Assembly: GCF_009914755.1 (NCBI RefSeq)
Contig: NC_060943.1
Source: the human T2T-CHM13v2.0 reference genome, Homo sapiens
DNA: 64,000 nt
Strand: one strand, 5' to 3'
Part shown: positions 59,089 to 64,000 of the stretch, piece after piece
Layout of the letters: each line of letters starts with the position of its first letter
How positions within the stretch are numbered: position 1 is the first letter of the stretch
Notes under the pieces: generated by a model
What the model was told of the DNA's origin: nothing
Database searches by the model: none
What the model saw: only the letters and a program-made list of their open reading frames with translations
Translations under genes and position numbers: made by a program

Positions 59089-60159
59089 CTAAAGACAAAT
59101 CTTAGGTGTAAGAAAATTATGGAGTTAAGTATGTGTGTGTGAGTATGAGTTTGTACATATTTTCAGAAGGAAAGAATGATACGGGAACAAAAATCATTTT
59201 AATATGGTGACTACTATAAAACTAAAAACCTAAAAAATGCTGAAAGCAAATGTATACTTTTTGGTTTGTATTGAATTTATTACTGTACAGTCTATGACTT
59301 AGAGTTCTGAATCTTCCCAAGCAAATTCTCTGTATATACTTGCCTGGTACTCATGCTAGACCCATACTTTTTTTGTTTCTTACATTTTTTTTGTTTTATA
59401 TTTTATGAAGTATTCATTATGTGAGCTGGTCTGCGATTATAAGAATTTTTATGAAATTTAGTGCACACAAAATAATCTTTAGATGTAATTCCAAAAGTAG
59501 TGTATTAAGTTACATTTTATTTAGTTAGAGCACTCCATTTTGTTCTTTTAAGAGGAGAACAATATATAGGTTTTCTTTAGTGATTTGTTCCTTTCACTTT
59601 TTATAATTGACATAAGCATATTTATTGAGTCAATTTGTTCAGCTAAGTACTAGGGAGGCTTCATTAGTCATGAGGATGTTTTTATATATAAATGTAGCAA
59701 ACATATATTACAGTTTTCACTGTGTAATAGATTATCCATAATAATTCATAAATATTCCTGCTGAAGTTAGTTTGTAACTTCAAGTCAAAGATGAAAAATA
59801 TCAATGGTGAAGATTGATTGTTCATATAGAGAGGACATTTTTTTTCCAGACTGTAAAACTGAATCTTGTTGAATTTAAAGAGAAATTCTGGCAGAGGCAG
59901 ATGAATCACCTGAGGTCAGGAGTTTGAGACCAGCCTGATGAATATGGTGAAACCCAGTCTCTACTAAAACTACAAAAATAGCCAGGCATGGTGGTGGGTG
60001 CCTGTAATCCCACTCGGGAGGCTGAGTCAGGAGAATTGCTTGAACCCGGAGGTGAAGATTGGAGTAAGCCAAGATTGTGCCGTTGCACTACAGCCTGGGC
60101 GACAGAGCGAGACTCCATATAAAAAAAAAAAAAAAAAAAAAGCTGGGCGTGGTGGCTCA

Positions 60160-60441
<282 letters not shown>

Positions 60442-60781
60442 TTATTTTCTACTTCTCTTCAGATTTGTCTTATGCATTTTCCAACTATGTATGCATCACA
60501 GCTATTCTTTTTCTGAGTTATAGCTACAGTTTTCTTACTGTTGTCTTCATGCCATTTCATTTCACATGGTACTTTGTAGATTTTGATGAGGAAGTTGGTA
60601 TTTTTAGTGCACACAAAAATTGGTTTTAACTGTAGAGTTTGCTTATCAGAACAGTTAAAAGGCAGCCAGGTGTGGCTCACGCCTGTAATCCCAGCACTGA
60701 GATAGGTCAAGGAGGGTGGATCACTTGAGGTCAGGAGTTTGAGACCAGCCTGACCAACATGGTGAAACCCTGTGTCTACTA

Positions 60782-60991
<210 letters not shown>

Positions 60992-61216
60992 TTAAATTAG
61001 CTTTGTTTTTAAAAGAAAAATCTTACTAGATTCTTATACAAAGTGTGGCAAATATAAAACTTGCTTGAAAATACAGAAATTAAATTTTTAAGAGAGTTAA
61101 TGGTAAGTAAACAATTTTAAAGTTAATTTTCTATGATATACTTACAGCACAACTTATATTTCCATGCAGAATCTTTTATTTTTAAGTGTGAGTGTTAAAG
61201 GTTACAAAATAATGAA

Positions 61217-61770
61217 ATGACTTCAGTGGATTTAAAATTTTGAAAAATAATGTCTTTTCTATATTGATTTTACAATTTGGAGAAATTTTTCACTCATTTT
61301 TTATATATTTTTTAGTGGGAGAGGTTTAGTCTACAGTTTTTATTTTTAGTCACCAAACTGTAGCCAACTCTTGGGTCATTTTCTCTGAAAAACATTTGGA
61401 GATCATGACAGCGTTTGGATTAAAACATTTCTGTTACTTTGCATGCAAACTAGTTTACTGTGTTCACAGAGTGGCCAGTCATGGGACCATAAGCAACACC
61501 TGCTCTTTGAGTGTCTTTCATACCGTTACCATCAGCACCAGAAACTCCAGGTGCCCCAAGCTTAAAGTAAAAATCCTAAAGTACGTTGGCTCCTCCCATG
61601 CAATGTGCTGGGTCCAAACCATGCTGTTAAATATCAGAAGTTTCTATGGTTATGATTAAAAAATTAAATGACAATAATAGCCCCAAAACTATATATTTTT
61701 GATACTATTTAACCAAGATTATCACAAAGACACAGTATTTGACACATTGTTATTCTTCTATGTTTTATAA
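61217..61770 (+). pseudogene. Vomeronasal type-1 receptor (VN1R/V1R) pseudogene fragment, about TM1-TM5
   Basis: STVFIFSHQTVANSWVIFS..IMTAFGLKHF..ACKLVYCVHRVA..NTCSLSVFHTVTISTRNSRCPKLKVK..CWV matches the V1R consensus STDLILKHLTVANSL / TMAAFGLKHF / GCKLVFYVHRV / TCLLSVFQAITISPRNSRWAELK; stops and frameshifts present. Confidence 0.88.
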
Positions 61771-61774
61771 ATAT

Positions 61775-63850
<2,076 letters not shown>

Positions 63851-64000
63851 CGGCCAGGCGCAGTGGCTCACACCTGTAATCCCAGCACTTTGGGAGGCCG
63901 AGGCAGGTGGATCACGAGGTCAGAAGTTCGAGACCAGCCTGACCAACATGGTGAAATCCTGTCTCTACTAAAAATACAAATATTAGCCGGGCGTGGTTGC

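Overview
Human (primate) genomic DNA from a ZNF91-family KRAB zinc-finger cluster; the protein is recognisable as ZNF431 (19p12). The gene is on the + strand with five coding exons (14860-14862, 16227-16319, 39021-39147, 40257-40352, 55309-56720). They sum to 1731 nt = 576 aa: N-terminal extension, KRAB-A/B, spacer, 12 intact C2H2 fingers and a frameshifted tail. Upstream and head-to-head (1-~10305, minus strand) is a dead paralogous 5' gene segment (promoter, exon 1, intron 1, exon 2). Its intron 1 holds a co-oriented 5.9-kb HERV-H provirus and a solo LTR; the HERV-H carries a recent 331-bp inverted duplication with complex templated junctions. ZNF431 intron 2 contains a nested stack of MER21-like LTR, MER4-type provirus, RPL7A processed pseudogene, Alus and an L1PA. 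Downstream of the stop are fossil zinc fingers, inverted Alu pairs and a vomeronasal type-1 receptor pseudogene fragment. Most ORFs in the supplied track are Alu/L1/ERV artefacts. Repeat subfamily names and most repeat boundaries were assigned by eye and are approximate.
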